From contig OX597831.1 in the NCBI GenBank assembly GCA_951406725.2, positions 11,842,001 to 11,906,000 on the forward strand: 64,000 bases of DNA, written 5' to 3'. Below are positions 14,766 through 29,638 of the stretch, in pieces. Below the pieces are notes generated by a model, which saw only the letters and a program-made list of their open reading frames with translations, did no database searches and was not told the origin of the DNA. Origin of the DNA: Octopus vulgaris. Lineage: Eukaryota. The position numbers and the translations under genes were made by a program. Each line of letters begins with the position of its first letter. Position 1 is the first letter of the stretch.

Positions 14766-15744
14766 GAGGAGGATGTTTCTTATAGGATCGAACTTAAAGC
14801 TAAAACTGATTACGTAAGAGATGCTGAAGGTATTGCTGCTGGTGGGGTCGGCTCCGGGGCGTTTGGTGAAGATAAATGAGGTGGCGACGGTGACGATGTC
14901 TGTGGTGGCGGTAGTGGCGGTGGGGATGGTGGAAGATATTATGGTAGCGGCGGAAGTATATGTTAATCGTTATTGTAATGGTGATGATGACGGCGGCGGC
15001 GGCGGTGGTGGTGGTGGTGGTGGTGGTGGTGGTGATGGTGGTGAATATGGTGGAAGTAGATGTTAATGGTAGTGGTGGTGGTAGTGGTGGCAGTGGTGGT
15101 TGTGGTGGTGATGATGGCGGTGGTATGGTGGAATTAGATGTTAATAGCGGTGGTGTTGGCGATGGTGATGGCGGTGGTGTGGTGGAAATAGATGTTAATG
15201 GTGGTGATGTTGGTGGTGGAGGTGGTGGTGGTGGTTGTGGTGCTTGTTGTGGTGGTGATGGTGGTGGTGAAGGTGGTGGTATTTCACGATAATATTGATG
15301 GTTGCAGTGGTAGGGTTTCATAGCGACGATGATCATCGGAATAACGACTGCGATGGGGATAGAGGGCGGTGGGGTGAGGCGAGGGCGGTTACTGAAGATT
15401 GGAGGGGAAGGGAATAGGGGAGGCGGAGAGGGGGATAGTAAGAGTTTTTGTCAGGCGAATTACGCTAATTACACTAAAACTTCATCAAGCACGCTGTTTG
15501 CTCAGGTTGTGTAGAACAACGGAACTTTAATTAAGGCGGTGCGACAGCCAACAGCCCCCACCCCGTACAAACACACCTTTCATACCACCACCACCATATT
15601 CATCAGTGATTAGAATCCAACCATCACCAATAGCAACACTGTCAACACGACCAACATCATCATCATCATCATCATCATAACCATCATATCACCGGCACAG
15701 GCTGCGGCATCCATCACCACCACCATCATCATCATCATCACCAT

Positions 15745-16175
15745 CATCATCATCTCATCGTCGTTGTCGTCGTCATCATCATCTTCGACGTCGTTGATAT
15801 CATCCTCATAATCATCATCATCATAATCATCCTCATAATCATCATCATCATAATCATCATCATCCTCATAATCATCCTCATAATCATCATCATCATTATC
15901 ATCATCATCATTATCATCCTCCTCATCGTCGTTGTCGTCGTCATCATCATCTTCGACGTCGTTGACATCATCCTCATAATCATCATCATCATAATCATCA
16001 TCATCCTCATAATCATCCTCATAATCATCATCATCATAATCATCCTCATAATCATCCTCATAATCATCATCATCATAATCATCATCATCCTCATAATCAT
16101 CCTCATAATCATCATCATCATTATCATCCTCCTCATCGTCGTTGTCGTCAACATCATCATTATCATCATCAGCAG
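15745..16175. repeat. higher-order (CAT)n-derived tandem repeat
   Basis: ctcatcgtcgttgtcgtc marker at about 15755, 15921 and 16132, with cctcataatcatcat subunits. Confidence 0.85.
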
Positions 16176-16288
16176 CAGCAGCAGCATCGTAATCGCCATC
16201 TTCTCTTCCGTAGCCAGCGTTTCGTCTTGCACACTTACCGATAAAAAGGTTAATGAGTGCATGCCATCACCTTTGCCATCTCTGTCAT

Positions 16289-16364
<76 letters not shown>

Positions 16365-16921
16365 CTCTCTTCCTTCTTTTGCCGTGACGTCATATCGTCT
16401 TCGCTACAAAAGCATCGAGGCCAATGATCCAACGCAGAAATTATGTGGTTGTTCAACTTGCTAGAAATAGCAACCAAGTATTTCCCAAATCGCACACTAG
16501 CGTCTTAGAAAAAGGCGGTACACCAGCATGGTTGACATTTAAAACTTTTATATATATGTGTGTGTGTGTTTGTGTGTGTGTGTATGTGTGTGTGTATGTA
16601 TGTATGTATGTATATTTATGCATATATATATATATGTGTGTGTGTGTGTCTATGTATGTATATTTATATATATGTATATATATATGTATGTATGTATATG
16701 TATATATATATACATATGTATATATGTATATGTATATGTACATATATACATATACGTACATATACAAAGAATTATGTTCAATAAATTAAAATATATATAA
16801 ATTAATATGTTCAATAAGAAAGAATTATTTTCGAAATGTTTCTCTTATGAGGTTTTTCACGCTATCTACCCGATAATTTCTTGTTAAGATTCCTTATTAA
16901 GAAGTTATCCTTAATTGTTAA

Positions 16922-17058
<137 letters not shown>

Positions 17059-17379
17059 CATATATAATATAATATTATATAATATTTTACTATAAAATTG
17101 GATTTAATCCTAAATCTGATTTTTTCCCTGTAAATTTGGATTTATTCCCTAATATTTATTATATATACATATATATATATAGATGCTAAAGCATCTTTGA
17201 TTTGTTTTTTCTAGATTTATGCTTACCGGTTTCGTCTTTAAATATACAGCATAGTTAAAGGTCCAAAATATTTCAAATATATTTTAAAGCTTAAATGGGT
17301 TCAAGATTTAAATAGTGTTTTGGGGATTTTATTGTTTGTTGTATTTACGTAAGCATATGAGTACGTGAGTACGTGAATG

Positions 17380-17910
17380 CGTCACAAAGTACGAATCACC
17401 AACAATGCGGAGTCTCCCCTGTAATCATGCAATTACAACCCTACACGCGAAGGAAAGTGTGTAGCGTGTGATCGTCGCATTGACCATGGCAGAGAAAGTT
17501 TTCATGGCGATACCTGCTCAGAGGCCTACGCAAAGTTGCAGAAAGTGTATGGAGAGGAGTGTATGAGTCAGACACAAGTGTATGAGTGGCTCAGACGTTT
17601 CTAAGATGAACAAAAATATGGTCGACCAGCAGAAATGAGAAACCCATCGCGGTGAGTTATCAGATTAGTTATGCTTCCGTTCAGTCCATTATCACTGGGG
17701 ATTCTCTGTTCAACTTTCTCTGTCCTGGTGAATTTTGACGATCACACGTTACACATCTTTCTTCCAAGCATTGCTATAAACAGCAGAAGTGAGCTAGAAC
17801 GTTAAAACTTAGCGCGCATACAAAGCAATCTGTACCCAACAGCTTCCCTCTGTGTGCTTTAGCTTCGTTATTATGGCAACAGTCCGGATACTTTTTGATC
17901 AGACCTCGTA
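17380..17910. mobile_element. mariner relic made of two oppositely oriented 5' ends
   Basis: + strand 17503-17605 encodes HGDTCSEAYAKLQKVYGEECMSQTQVYEWLRRF* (mariner N-terminal HTH), then ISYASVQSII; 17701-17910 is an inverted 5' end finishing in TIR ccggatactttttgatcagacctcg+TA. Confidence 0.85.
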
Positions 17911-18122
17911 TAGAGGAATATGTACGCATGTGCAGAGACATATACGCACTCACACTTTCATATATAATGCAGGTGTTTCGTACTTCATGGTTCTATGTAA
18001 AAATATATCAAAGACTTCTATGCCATACGCATTCAATATCTATATTTTTGTATATATATATAGAGATATATATATATATGTGTGTGTATATGTATATATA
18101 TATATATATATGTATATATATC

Positions 18123-18205
<83 letters not shown>

Positions 18206-18552
18206 TATTTATTTATTTATATATATACACATATATATATGTATATAATCATAGGAGTTTGTTTATGAGCCTGCCTCCCTCTGTGTCTTACGTAGGTACG
18301 TGCGGATGTGTTTTTTGGGGATCCAATTGTCTTTTGATTTTTTTTTCAAAACGAAATTCTTCAACAAATATTAATTTATAAAAAGTTACTTTTGTTTTCT
18401 GCTCCGAAAAACTAACAAACTTAACGCAATAAAATATTTTAACTTTATTTAATCTAAAATATTAAATATAACGATAATAAGGTTTTTGCTTTTAAATATT
18501 CCTTAAGCAGATGATATTTACTTACAGGGTTTTCAAACAAAAATCAACTCTA

Positions 18553-18625
<73 letters not shown>

Positions 18626-19142
18626 CATTATTATTATTATCATTATTATTATTATTATTATTCGTTTATTGTTTTTTTCTTAAATCATATTTGACATCTT
18701 TGACTGTCGCTGTGTTGTTTATACACTCGTCTCTTTATTCTATGTAGTTATTTTGTGTAAATTTAAAAAGAAATAATTTGTTAACACGCCTTAATATATT
18801 GTGTAACGTCTCAGCCCTTGCTCCCCCCCCCACCGCCGCCGCCGCCGCCGCCTCCACTTCGTCATGTTGTTTTGAATTTGTTTCCACACTTGTTTTTTGA
18901 AACACATTTGCATTCGTTTTGTTTTATTCTTTGCCTCCATGGACCAACGCTGGTAGCTATAATAAAGAAGCGTTTATTGTCATCATGGCTGCTGCTGTTA
19001 TTGTCTGCCATCTTGAAAAACATTAACCCTCAACATGGCGGTGTCCCAGCCGTAAACCAATGGCCGACCATGGAAAAATATCGTAAATACACACACACAC
19101 ACACACACATACACACACATACACACATACACACGCACACAC

Positions 19143-19354
19143 ATTCTTTTATTCTTTAACTTATCTCAGTCATTTGACGACGGTCATGCTGGAGCACGAC
19201 CTTGAAAGTTTTAGTCAAACAAATCGACCTCAGGACTTATTTTTGTACACCTAATACTTATTTTATCGATCTTATTTGCCGATCTACTAAGTTACTGGAT
19301 GTCAATAGGTAGTGGAGGACACATGCACTAAAACATACACACATATACATACAC

Positions 19355-19429
<75 letters not shown>

Positions 19430-19448
19430 GTATACATATATATATGTA

Positions 19449-19491
<43 letters not shown>

Positions 19492-19620
19492 GACAGGGTT
19501 CTTTCAGTTTCCGTCCACCAAATCTACTCAGAAGGCTTTGGTCGGTCCGAGGCTATAGTGACACGCAGTGGGAGTGAACCTGGGACCATTCGGTTCGTAA
19601 GCAAGCTTCTTACCACTCTG
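19143..19620 (-). mobile_element. SINE family A with expanded (TA)n
   Basis: cagtcatttgac...atcgacctcaggacttat...ctttcagtttccgtccaccaaatc. Confidence 0.85.
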
Positions 19621-19624
19621 CTAC

Positions 19625-19822
19625 ACAAGGCCAGCAATTGCGGGTGAAGCGGTAAGTCTATTACATCAACCCCAGTTCACAACTGGTACTTACTTTACCA
19701 ATCTCGAAAGGAAGAACGGCAAAGTCGACCTCGGCGGAATTTGAACTCAGAACGTGAGGAGCGACGGAATGCCGCTAAGAGTTTCGCCTAGTGCTCTACC
19801 GATTCTGCTAGCTCACCTCCTT
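19625..19822 (-). mobile_element. SINE family B
   Basis: ggcaaagtcgacctcggcggaatttgaactcagaacg...gattctgctagctcacctcc. Confidence 0.85.
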
Positions 19823-20121
19823 ATGTACGTGTTTATATATTAATGTTTGGTTTTCGTATCAAAACAGGAATGAAACCAATTTGACATTGACCCGAAAGAT
19901 TACTCAATACCCTTTAGTAGGGTGCATATTTATTCATTTCCCCAGTTAATTGGTTGACCTTGACTTCGAAGTTTCGGCATGCTCAACGTCATAGACTGTC
20001 TGATTATCGCTAGGAAGCCATGAACTATCGACTTTGCCCTTGTAAAATTTCTTTCTTTCTTTTTTCTTTCTTTCTTTATTTTTTTTTTCATTCTTTCTTT
20101 CTTTCTATCTATCTGTCTGCA

Positions 20122-20166
<45 letters not shown>

Positions 20167-20428
20167 AAAAGAAAAGAGTGAGCGAGATGATAGCGATGGA
20201 TAGATAGAGAGAGAAAGAAAGAAAGAAAGAAAGAAAGAGCGAGAGAGGGAGACAGAGAGAGGGAGAGTGACGGTTTGCTCACGTCCCAGCAAGTCAGCAA
20301 TTTGGCGAAAGAGTTCCTTGGGGTGAGGACCAGAATCAATGCAAGTACCGAGATCGATTCATTCGAATGAACACTTCAAGTCCCTCGCGGGGCACAGCAG
20401 AGTTCAAGGCCAAGCGGCTTTACACTCC

Positions 20429-20484
20429 GTGCTTTAGCTTCGTTACTATAGCAACAGTCCGGATACTTATTGATCAGACCACGT
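20429..20484 (-). mobile_element. solo mariner terminal fragment (same TIR as 17855-17910)
   Basis: gtgctttagcttcgttactatagcaacagtccggatacttattgatcagacc is nearly identical to 17854-17906. Confidence 0.8.
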
Positions 20485-20554
20485 GTGTGTCTGAGTGCGC
20501 ACGCGCGTGTGTGTGCAACGCTTCTCTCTGAAGATTGTCGGATTCTTTTATCTC

Positions 20555-21106
20555 TTATCATTTACTTGCTTCAGACATTAGACTACGGCCAAGCTGGAGC
20601 ACCGCCTTGAACAATTTTCATTCAAATGAATCCGCCCCAGTGCTTTAATTTCCAAGCCTGGTACATATTCTATCAATGTCTTTTTGCTGAACCACAACAT
20701 ACGCGGATACTGGTTTTCAAGTGAGTAGGGACCAAACACACACGCGCACACACACATACATATACATATATGTATATATATATATATATATATATAATAC
20801 AAATAAGAAAATGGAGAAACAAATTTGGTTTGTTCATCAACTTACGGATATCATAATGCTGGATTATTTATTCATTTTACAAATGAGAACATCAAAAGCA
20901 TACAAAAATATATAAATCAATAGATAAGATAATAATACAAATACAGATTTTAAAAGTCATAGTATAAATTAATGAGATCCTAAAAATTACTTCTTACAGC
21001 TGTTTCAGCCAATGGTTTAAAGTAAATCTAATTTTCTTTGCCTATAGATGTCAACATACTAAGGTTGTAGGCATTTAAAATATATAATACTTATATGTTA
21101 AAAGAA

Positions 21107-21143
<37 letters not shown>

Positions 21144-21305
21144 ATGGGCTTCTTTCAGTTTCCGTTAACCAAATCCACTCACAATGATTTGATTGGCCCA
21201 AGGCTTTATTGTAGAAGATACCTGCCGAAGCTGCCACGAAGTGGGACTGAACCTGTAACCGCAGATGAGATTGCAAACCTCTTACCACGCAATCTTATCT
21301 GCGCC
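20555..21305 (-). mobile_element. SINE family A fragments (20555-20745 tail, 21140-21305 head) separated by other repeat DNA
   Basis: gctggagcaccgccttg... and ctttcagtttccgttaaccaaatccactcac...gtgggactgaacc. Confidence 0.7.
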
Positions 21306-21409
21306 TATATTTATTTAGTTTATTTTTATGTTTCAGATTTCTGAGATTCTGAGGATAAACGAGTATTAACGATGATCACAAAGAATTTATGGTTAATACT
21401 GTTGTAGTG

Positions 21410-21756
21410 GGCTGTACGAGCCGAAACTCGTGCGAATTTTTGTCTTGAAATAGGAGCAGAATTCCACAGTACGAGCAAACAAATCGTTCCATTTTTAGGG
21501 TAATTGAGTTAATTAAGCCAATTTACATATTTCTTTTTGTATTCTCTATTTTTTATGGTTGTCATTTTACTTGTCACTATACCTTTTCTGCTTTAAAACC
21601 CATGAAAACTTATTTTTCAGTGGTTTTAAGAGGCTGGAACGGATTAATTATATTTTAGTTAATTTCAATGGGGAAAATTGATTTGTAAAACGAGTAAATC
21701 GTAAGACGAGTTCGGCCATGGAACGAATTAAACTCGTACTGCGAGGTACCACTGTA
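21410..21756. mobile_element. Tigger/pogo-like non-autonomous DNA transposon
   Basis: Right end ggaacggattaa...ttcaatgggga...aactcgtactgcgaggtaccactg+TA is Tigger-type; left-arm remnant cagtacgag at about 21467. Confidence 0.65.
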
Positions 21757-21863
21757 TAAGGGAAACCAGATAATGAAATATTTATGCCTTTTCCAAAGCA
21801 AAAAATAGGGTTTATACGTCTCATCGAAGTTTTGGCTGCATAAACACATATTTGCACATATAC

Positions 21864-21927
<64 letters not shown>

Positions 21928-21986
21928 TTTGTAAAAAAGAAGTTTGAAAACGCCACTATATTAGATAAATTTTAATTTTCTTATGA

Positions 21987-22030
21987 ATTTTACATGTTTC
22001 GGTTCTTGAAAAAACGAACCTTATCAAAAA
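21987..22030 (-). ncRNA. degenerate minimal hammerhead ribozyme motif
   Basis: Minus strand ttt-TTGATAA-ggttc(10 nt)gaacc-GAAA-catg-TA-aaat: perfect stem II, palindromic stem III, two core substitutions. Confidence 0.5.
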
Positions 22031-23116
22031 TATTATAAAAAGTGCAATAGAAAAGTTCATAGTTGTTTCTTAATGGTCTCAATAGAATCCATGTGGTGGT
22101 GTTTTGTCGGTAGTAGGTATAATAGCTATAAATTTCAAGTTGAGTATAGTTAAAGAAGTTCATTATTGTTTCTTGCTGGTATCAAAAGGAACCGTCCTTG
22201 TGTTCCAATGGAATGGTGGCAGCAGTAGGGATTGTTGGTCGTAGTAGTAGTAACTACTAATATATATGCATCTATGTGTACATATACGCATGTATGTATA
22301 TTTTTACACGTATGCATGTATGTATATGTGTGTATACACATATACATATGCATACATACATACAGACACATATATACATACATAAATAGACATCCATATA
22401 TACACACACACACATATATATTCATCTATATATACACACTCACACACATATATACACCTATATGTCTATGTGTACGTACACACATACACACACACACACA
22501 CAGACACACACGCACAGACACACACACACACACACGCATACACTCAAACACACATGTAATGAATATCAGAAAAGGAATAACGGATATTTTATGCTGTTAA
22601 AGTTGAAAAAGGTCAACAGTGTATGACGTCATGGAATATGTTTGCAAATGGCGGCAAGATAAAGATGGTAATTAATATGGCGACCATAAGAGAGAATGGA
22701 GGAAGCGGCAATTTGTCACACCTACAGCAGAAAACATTTCATCACATTACATACTTTATCAGCTGGACAGCTTCTCTCTTGCGGCTATTAAAAGTGGTTT
22801 ACAAGATAAAAGCCAGTTAAGGTTTAGAGTGGTTTTGCAGAGCAGCGACGGCGACGACCATGACGACGGTGATGACGATGATGACGATGATGATGACGAT
22901 GATAATGACGATGATGACGAGAGACGATGATGATGGTGATGATGATGATGATGATGGTGGTGATGGTGTTTGTGATGGCGGTGATGAAGGGCGGTAGTGC
23001 AGGTGATTGTGGTGATAGTGTTGGTGGTGGTAATAGCGTGGTGGTAGTTGTAGTGGTGTTGGTAGTGGTGTTGGTGCTGGTGGTAGTGGTGTCGGTGATG
23101 GTGGTGGTGGTAGTTT

Positions 23117-23154
<38 letters not shown>

Positions 23155-23176
23155 TTGGTGGTGGTAGTAGTAGTAT

Positions 23177-23219
<43 letters not shown>

Positions 23220-23223
23220 GGTG

Positions 23224-23273
<50 letters not shown>

Positions 23274-24157
23274 GGTGGTTGTGGTTGTAGTGGCGGTGGT
23301 GGTGGTGGTGGTGGTGGTGGGTGTTGATCGTCCTCTTTGCGGTGCTAGTATCGGTGTTGATGTTTTCGACTAAAACTATTAAAAGTAGTGGCGGCCGCAG
23401 CGGTGGTGGTGGTGGTGGTGGAGGTGGAAATATTGATGGTGTGGTGGAGGCGTTAGTGTTAGTCAAGATGTGGTCAGCTAACAATGGCGATGGCGATTGT
23501 GATGCTGGTGCTGGCCGTCTTGCAGTGATTATTGTGTAGGCGGTGGTGTAAGTGATAGTGGTGATAGTTGACTGATATGGTCGTGGTGGTGGTAGTGGTG
23601 GTGAATAGTATAGTATAGGTGATATGTAGTGGTCGTTTCCTTTGCGGTTGCAGTCGTGGTTTGCAGCATTGATGGTGATAGTTCTGATAGTGGCGGTGGT
23701 GGTGTCGTGTGGTTTGGTTTGGTTTGGTGGCAGGGGTTGTAGTTCTAATGGTAATATAGGGTTATTGTGGCGGTGGTGGCGAGCGTAAGGATGAATATGA
23801 TCTCCCAAGATTATAATGGTCTGTTGATGGTTAAGTTCAATCTGGTGGTGGTGGTGGCGACAACAGCAGCAGCAGCAGCAGCAGCAGTAGCAGTAGTAGT
23901 TGTAGTAGTAGTAGTTTCTATGTATCTGACCCAAAAATTCTGAGAGCCTCGTTTCACAGGCTTCATTCACAGACATAGATTATGAAGTGACATCGTGTTC
24001 ACTCCCAGCGAAAATGAAAAAAAAACCTATCATGTGTGTCGTGGCGGGGGGCTAGAAATAAGAGCTAAACTGATCTAATGCTGTAATCAAAGCACATAAT
24101 TGCACACATATACACTGACAGGGACTGTAATCGACGGAAATCACCATTCGAAACCGG

Positions 24158-24203
24158 TCAGTTTCGGCAATTTCCGTTGCCTCATCAGTAAAGACTGCCT
24201 CGA
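24158..24203 (-). ncRNA. hammerhead-like motif at an inverted junction
   Basis: Minus strand CTGATGA-ggcaa-cggaaa-ttgcc-GAAAc overlapping a + strand GAAA-ccgg-TC-ag half. Confidence 0.55.
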
Positions 24204-24393
24204 CTTCGGCGGATTCTGGGTTTAATTCTCTATCAGTGACTTTTAGCAATGCAGATGTTCCTAACACCCTAATCACATCTAGTGACAATTATAGTTTTCC
24301 TTTTTGGTGAAACATTCCACACTGCTGCCTATATTGAATTTTATACATTCTCAACAAGCGGGAACATGAACACTTAATTGTATCTCTTTAGCC

Positions 24394-24476
24394 AACTCTG
24401 ATGAGATTCGACTTTTAAATGGTTTTAATTATGGTAATTGATTTCTAAAGGTCTGAAGTCGAAACAGCTGTCAGAG
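24394..24476 (+). ncRNA. type-I hammerhead ribozyme motif, core intact
   Basis: ct-CTGATGA(24398)-gatt...agtc-GAAA(24461)-cagctg-TC-ag; palindromic stem III acagctgt; stem I only 2 bp. Confidence 0.6.
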
Positions 24477-25654
24477 ATGATGTCTAATTTCTAAATTAAT
24501 AAATGATTATTAATTATCTCTCTATTTTCTTATCTTCTTATAAATATATATAGGTATGTTGGTGCAAATAGGATATGCATATTTTTATTAATATTTAGCA
24601 GGAGCAACAGAGTGACTCAAGTTCCAAGAGTTTCGGACACACGAAGACCACAGACCTTGAGTCACTCTTGCTTCTGCTATGTTAATAAACGTGTGTGTGT
24701 GTGTGTTTGTGTGTGTATGTGTGTGTGTAGTAAATGTAATGAGAAGCAAGTTAGGCAAGTCGATTTACACAGAATATTTGATACATTTAATAGAAAAAAT
24801 GTGCATGTATATGGATGTAAAAATAGTCTGACTTACAGAATATAAATGATATCAGAAGTTAAATGGGTAGAGTCCAATAACTATTTCTGGGGTCTTGGTG
24901 GTCCAGAATAATGATAGTTACTTTGATTCATTATCGGATAACATTGCCTCCGTCTTCAGGGGAGAATTTTACATATAAAAGAGATAATAATCAAAATAAT
25001 GCATCCGTGGAACCAGTACCTCTCTGAACAGATTAGCGTGACAGATAAACAGTTAGGTTCAGAATATTAACAAAATGCGAAAGAAAGGCCACTGATAAAA
25101 TTAAGACGTAATATTGAACTTAAAATATGAATATCTTCAAGATGCTATGGGTTCTTAGCATCAAATACCTCAAAAATGCTTAGTGGTATATTTGGTTGCA
25201 CCCAAACACAGTTGGAAAAATGGTTGTACCTAATTTAACCTCGCCAGGAAATCTTCATCGTTTTTCTATATTTTTTATCATTTTTTTGTCGTGTCTTGTA
25301 TTTTTATTTATTTGCGTGCAAATATCTACTTATGCATGCATGTATGCATATGTATATAAACGCATATCTGTGTGCGCTCTTGTATATGGCTATATATGTT
25401 TGCGCGCGTATGTGCGTGTGCGTGTACCTTTAAAATTCTTCATACATCCTCCCATGTATTGTATAATTCTTCTTTCCTCCTTCCTTCGTAATTTGTAAGC
25501 GTGTGGAGTTTTTTAATCACATTTCATGTTATTCTTTCTTTGTGAGCCCCGGTGAAATTTTTTATCTTTTTATTTATTTTGTATCTTGGAGTTATTGTCA
25601 CCAACAAGGAAAAGATTATTATTATGGTTATTATTATTATTATTATTATTATTA

Positions 25655-25724
<70 letters not shown>

Positions 25725-25781
25725 ATATATAGGTGTGTAAACATATATATATATACATACATACATTTCTACATGCATATA

Positions 25782-25817
<36 letters not shown>

Positions 25818-25861
25818 CATACCTATATATATGTGTGTGTGTGTGTGTGTCTCTCTCTCTC

Positions 25862-25892
<31 letters not shown>

Positions 25893-26848
25893 GTCTATGT
25901 ATGTATGTATGTATGTGTGTATGTATGTATATCCTGTCCAATTAATGTCTTCTTTGTACAACATCTCTAAAGTGGTCTGTCTTCCATTTTTTCCATAAGT
26001 TTTTTTCTCTATTTCTTTAAACTGCCAACCAATGCTCGTATCTCTCCCTAGCATGGAGCCGTTACAAATTGTAAATTTACCATTTAACTTCATTTCGACA
26101 GCAGAAATCACCATGACTGGTCAACTAAAAACATATTCTTTCTTCTCACTTCACACCATCTTAAGGTGCAAAGTTATTGAGAATAGTAAAGCGCAAAGCA
26201 ATTAAGCTAACAACGTCGATGTTGTAATGCCAAACTAATTCTCCTTCTCCTACACTTTTGAAGTTTAAACGAACGAAAAGTTAGCAAGAAAAACACACAG
26301 CAAACCTAAATAAATTTAAATATATAAAGCCGCTGAACATCTCTAAACTCATATACAAAAAAAAATATTTTATGTGTTTCTGTTGTTTTTACAATATTTT
26401 TTTGAGATTTTTTCTGTGTCTGTGTGTCTTTTTTTTTATTATTTTTGGCAGGTACAATTGGAGAGGGTATGTAGGTGCGTGTATGTGTGGAGGTGTGGGT
26501 GTGTGCTTCAAATTTTATTTTAAGAGACCAAATAGTTGGAGAAAGAAAACGAAACAAACAAAACAATATTATTGCGGTGTCACGTGATGGAGTACGAGAG
26601 AGAAATTACAACAAAACCACTAAGTAGTAGCAGTAGTAGTGGTAGTAATGGTGGTGTGGGTGGTGGTAATGCTAGTAGTAGTAGGGGTGATGTTGTTAGT
26701 GGTGGTGGTAGTCGTCATGTTAATGGTATTTGCAGTAGTAGTATTGGTTGTAGTAGTGGTAGTAATGGTGTTGGTGGTGATGGTAGTGGTGGTGGTAGTC
26801 GTAATGTCAATGGTATTTGCAGTAGTAGTACTAGTGGTAGTAGTATTT

Positions 26849-26910
<62 letters not shown>

Positions 26911-26923
26911 GGTGGTGGTGGTG

Positions 26924-26982
<59 letters not shown>

Positions 26983-26989
26983 GGTGGTG

Positions 26990-27030
<41 letters not shown>

Positions 27031-28288
27031 TGTTGCTGCTGTTGTTGCTGTTGTGATAGTGGTGCTGCTGATGGGGGAGAAAGAAATATGACGACTAAAA
27101 TTTACAAAAGTCGAAGATATTGCAAGAGACGAACTATGTTCCCTTTGTCGCGTGTGTGTGTGTGAGAGTGAGTGAGTGTGTGAGTGAGTGAGTGAGTGAG
27201 TGAGTGAGTGAGTGAGTGAGTGAGTGAGTGAGTGAGTGAGTGAGTGAGTGTGTTGCATTTTTTGGCTCTTCTTGTTTGCGTTTGTTCTCGAAGACCAAAG
27301 ATGGACGTAGAGAAATGAAGATAACAATAGAATTAGTTTTAAAGGAAGACAATTAAACAAAACGCGAAATAAATGAATACAGAAAACTACTACCACTACT
27401 ACTACGACCACTAATACTACTACTACTACTACTACAGCTTGTATTACTACTACTACTACTACTACTACTACTACAGCTTGTATTACTACTAATAATAATA
27501 AATACTAATCATAATAGCAATCGTAGAAGAAGAAGAAGAAGAAGAAGAAGAAGAAGAAGAAGAAGAAGAAGAAGATGGCGGGTGGAGGTGGTAAAGAAAG
27601 TGAATAAAAAAACACAGACAAAATACACTAAAACAAATGCACACTATGAAAGTATATATAACAAACACTCACAAAAAACAAAGACACAAAAAAATAAACA
27701 GAAAGAAAAGAAAAACAGAACAAAAAAAAGAAGCAGTAAAATTAGCAGAAACGTGAGTGGTTAAAAGTGAAAGTGAAAGTAAAAAATGTAAGAGACAGAC
27801 AAGATGTCGGAATAAGAATGAAAAATAATGATTAGTCTTTGGCTGTCATTGCGGCTGTAAGTTTCTGAGATCATAAAGAACATTTCGCTTCAATTTAGAC
27901 GATAGTAGATGACAGCAATGTGTTCTCTTAATGAATCCAAGAAGTGCCTAACCAAGTTTGTTTTCCATTTCACAGAAAGATCTGCCTTAATGAATAAGCA
28001 CCATACACGGATAATGGTGTCAACCTTGTCGGTTAAACGGTACAATATATCTTTACTGGTGCTGGCTGCCAATTGTGTGGGGGTTGGTCGGTCGGTCGGT
28101 CGGTTGGCTGGTTGGTTGGCTGGTTGGCTGGCCGGAAACTATGTATAAGATGTAACATAACGACAGCATGTGAACTTGCGATTGATGACTCAGTATGTGT
28201 GTGTGTAAGTGTTTGCATGTATGTATACATGTACATATATATATGTGTGTGTGTGTGTGTGTGTAAGTGTTTGTATGTATGTATACAG

Positions 28289-28332
<44 letters not shown>

Positions 28333-28333
28333 C

Positions 28334-28383
<50 letters not shown>

Positions 28384-28468
28384 CATGCATCTCTGCATGT
28401 ATAGGTATAGCTACACGTACATATAGGAGTATAAACATATACGCACGCATGTTCATAATATACTCGTG

Positions 28469-28524
<56 letters not shown>

Positions 28525-29029
28525 GTACGTGTGTATATATATGTCTGTGTATACACACACACAGACATATATATTAATATTTTAATATTTCGCAGATAGC
28601 TAGATAGGTATGTATGTATGTATGTATGCATGTATGTATGTATGTATGTATGTATGTATGTATGTATGTATGTACATACATAAATATAGAGCGCTGTTCC
28701 GATGTGAATGGAATCAAGAATGTGTACTCTATTCAAAGAGAGACAAACACCATTTTATAAACACAGAATTTAAACGGGAGTTACTGTAAATTTCATACAC
28801 CAATAGCACAATAGTTGAGCGAACTCGTGTAGCGTGTCGTGTACTACCGGGCACCCTTCAAGTCGTAGATATGGCTAACGAACTTAGTGGCTAGCTTCTT
28901 GTTTACATGTCGGAAATAAGATTAATAGTTGGCAATTTTCTTAAATTCACTTTCACATAGACGAATATACTTTTTCATTTGAGTTTTTTTACACTTTAGA
29001 ACAGGGGTCACCACAGCTTCGTAAACCAC

Positions 29030-29262
29030 TGAACCAACCCTGCATGCCTGCCCCCAAAAGGAAAATTATTACACATAAGTCACACCAGGCGCTTACTCCA
29101 AAATGTAACTGTAGAGAACCACACACTTGCCCACTAGTTTGGTAACTAGAAAACCACTTTGTTAGCCATATCTGGGGGCTGAAGGCCAATAATACCGACA
29201 CACCATCAAGTGGAGAATCGTAGAAAGATCTACGCCATACATTAATAGGTCGAAGAGATGTT
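29030..29262 (+). pseudogene. Penelope-like element ORF relic (RT/endonuclease linker and GIY-YIG C-terminal part)
   Basis: From 29041 CMPAPKRKIITHKSHQALTPKCNCREPHTCPL, then SHIWGLKANNTD / TIKWRIVERSTPYINRSKRC; matches PLE motifs SCMP..IIxxHN, CNCR-x4-CPL and HIWxLK..IKWxI...PY...KRC; contains a stop, a frameshift and an internal deletion. Confidence 0.8.
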
Positions 29263-29399
29263 TAGCCGAGGTAGATAAAGTATCATTTAGAAATCAAAAA
29301 AATTCCACCGACGGACCAAAGGGATACAACCATTATCTCCCTTCCTCCATGCTTTTTTACTTGTTTCCAATTCTTATTTACTTTTTTCTTCCGTTATAT

Positions 29400-29479
<80 letters not shown>

Positions 29480-29555
29480 ATATATATGTGTGTGTGTGAT
29501 ATATGTATATGTATGCATATATATGTATATATATATATAATATATATATATTATT

Positions 29556-29638
<83 letters not shown>

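Noticed and set aside
17225-17240. Isolated GAAA-palindrome-TA halves (17225-, 20992-)
   Set aside because: No CTGANGA partner nearby; counted only as decayed Penelope-like remnants
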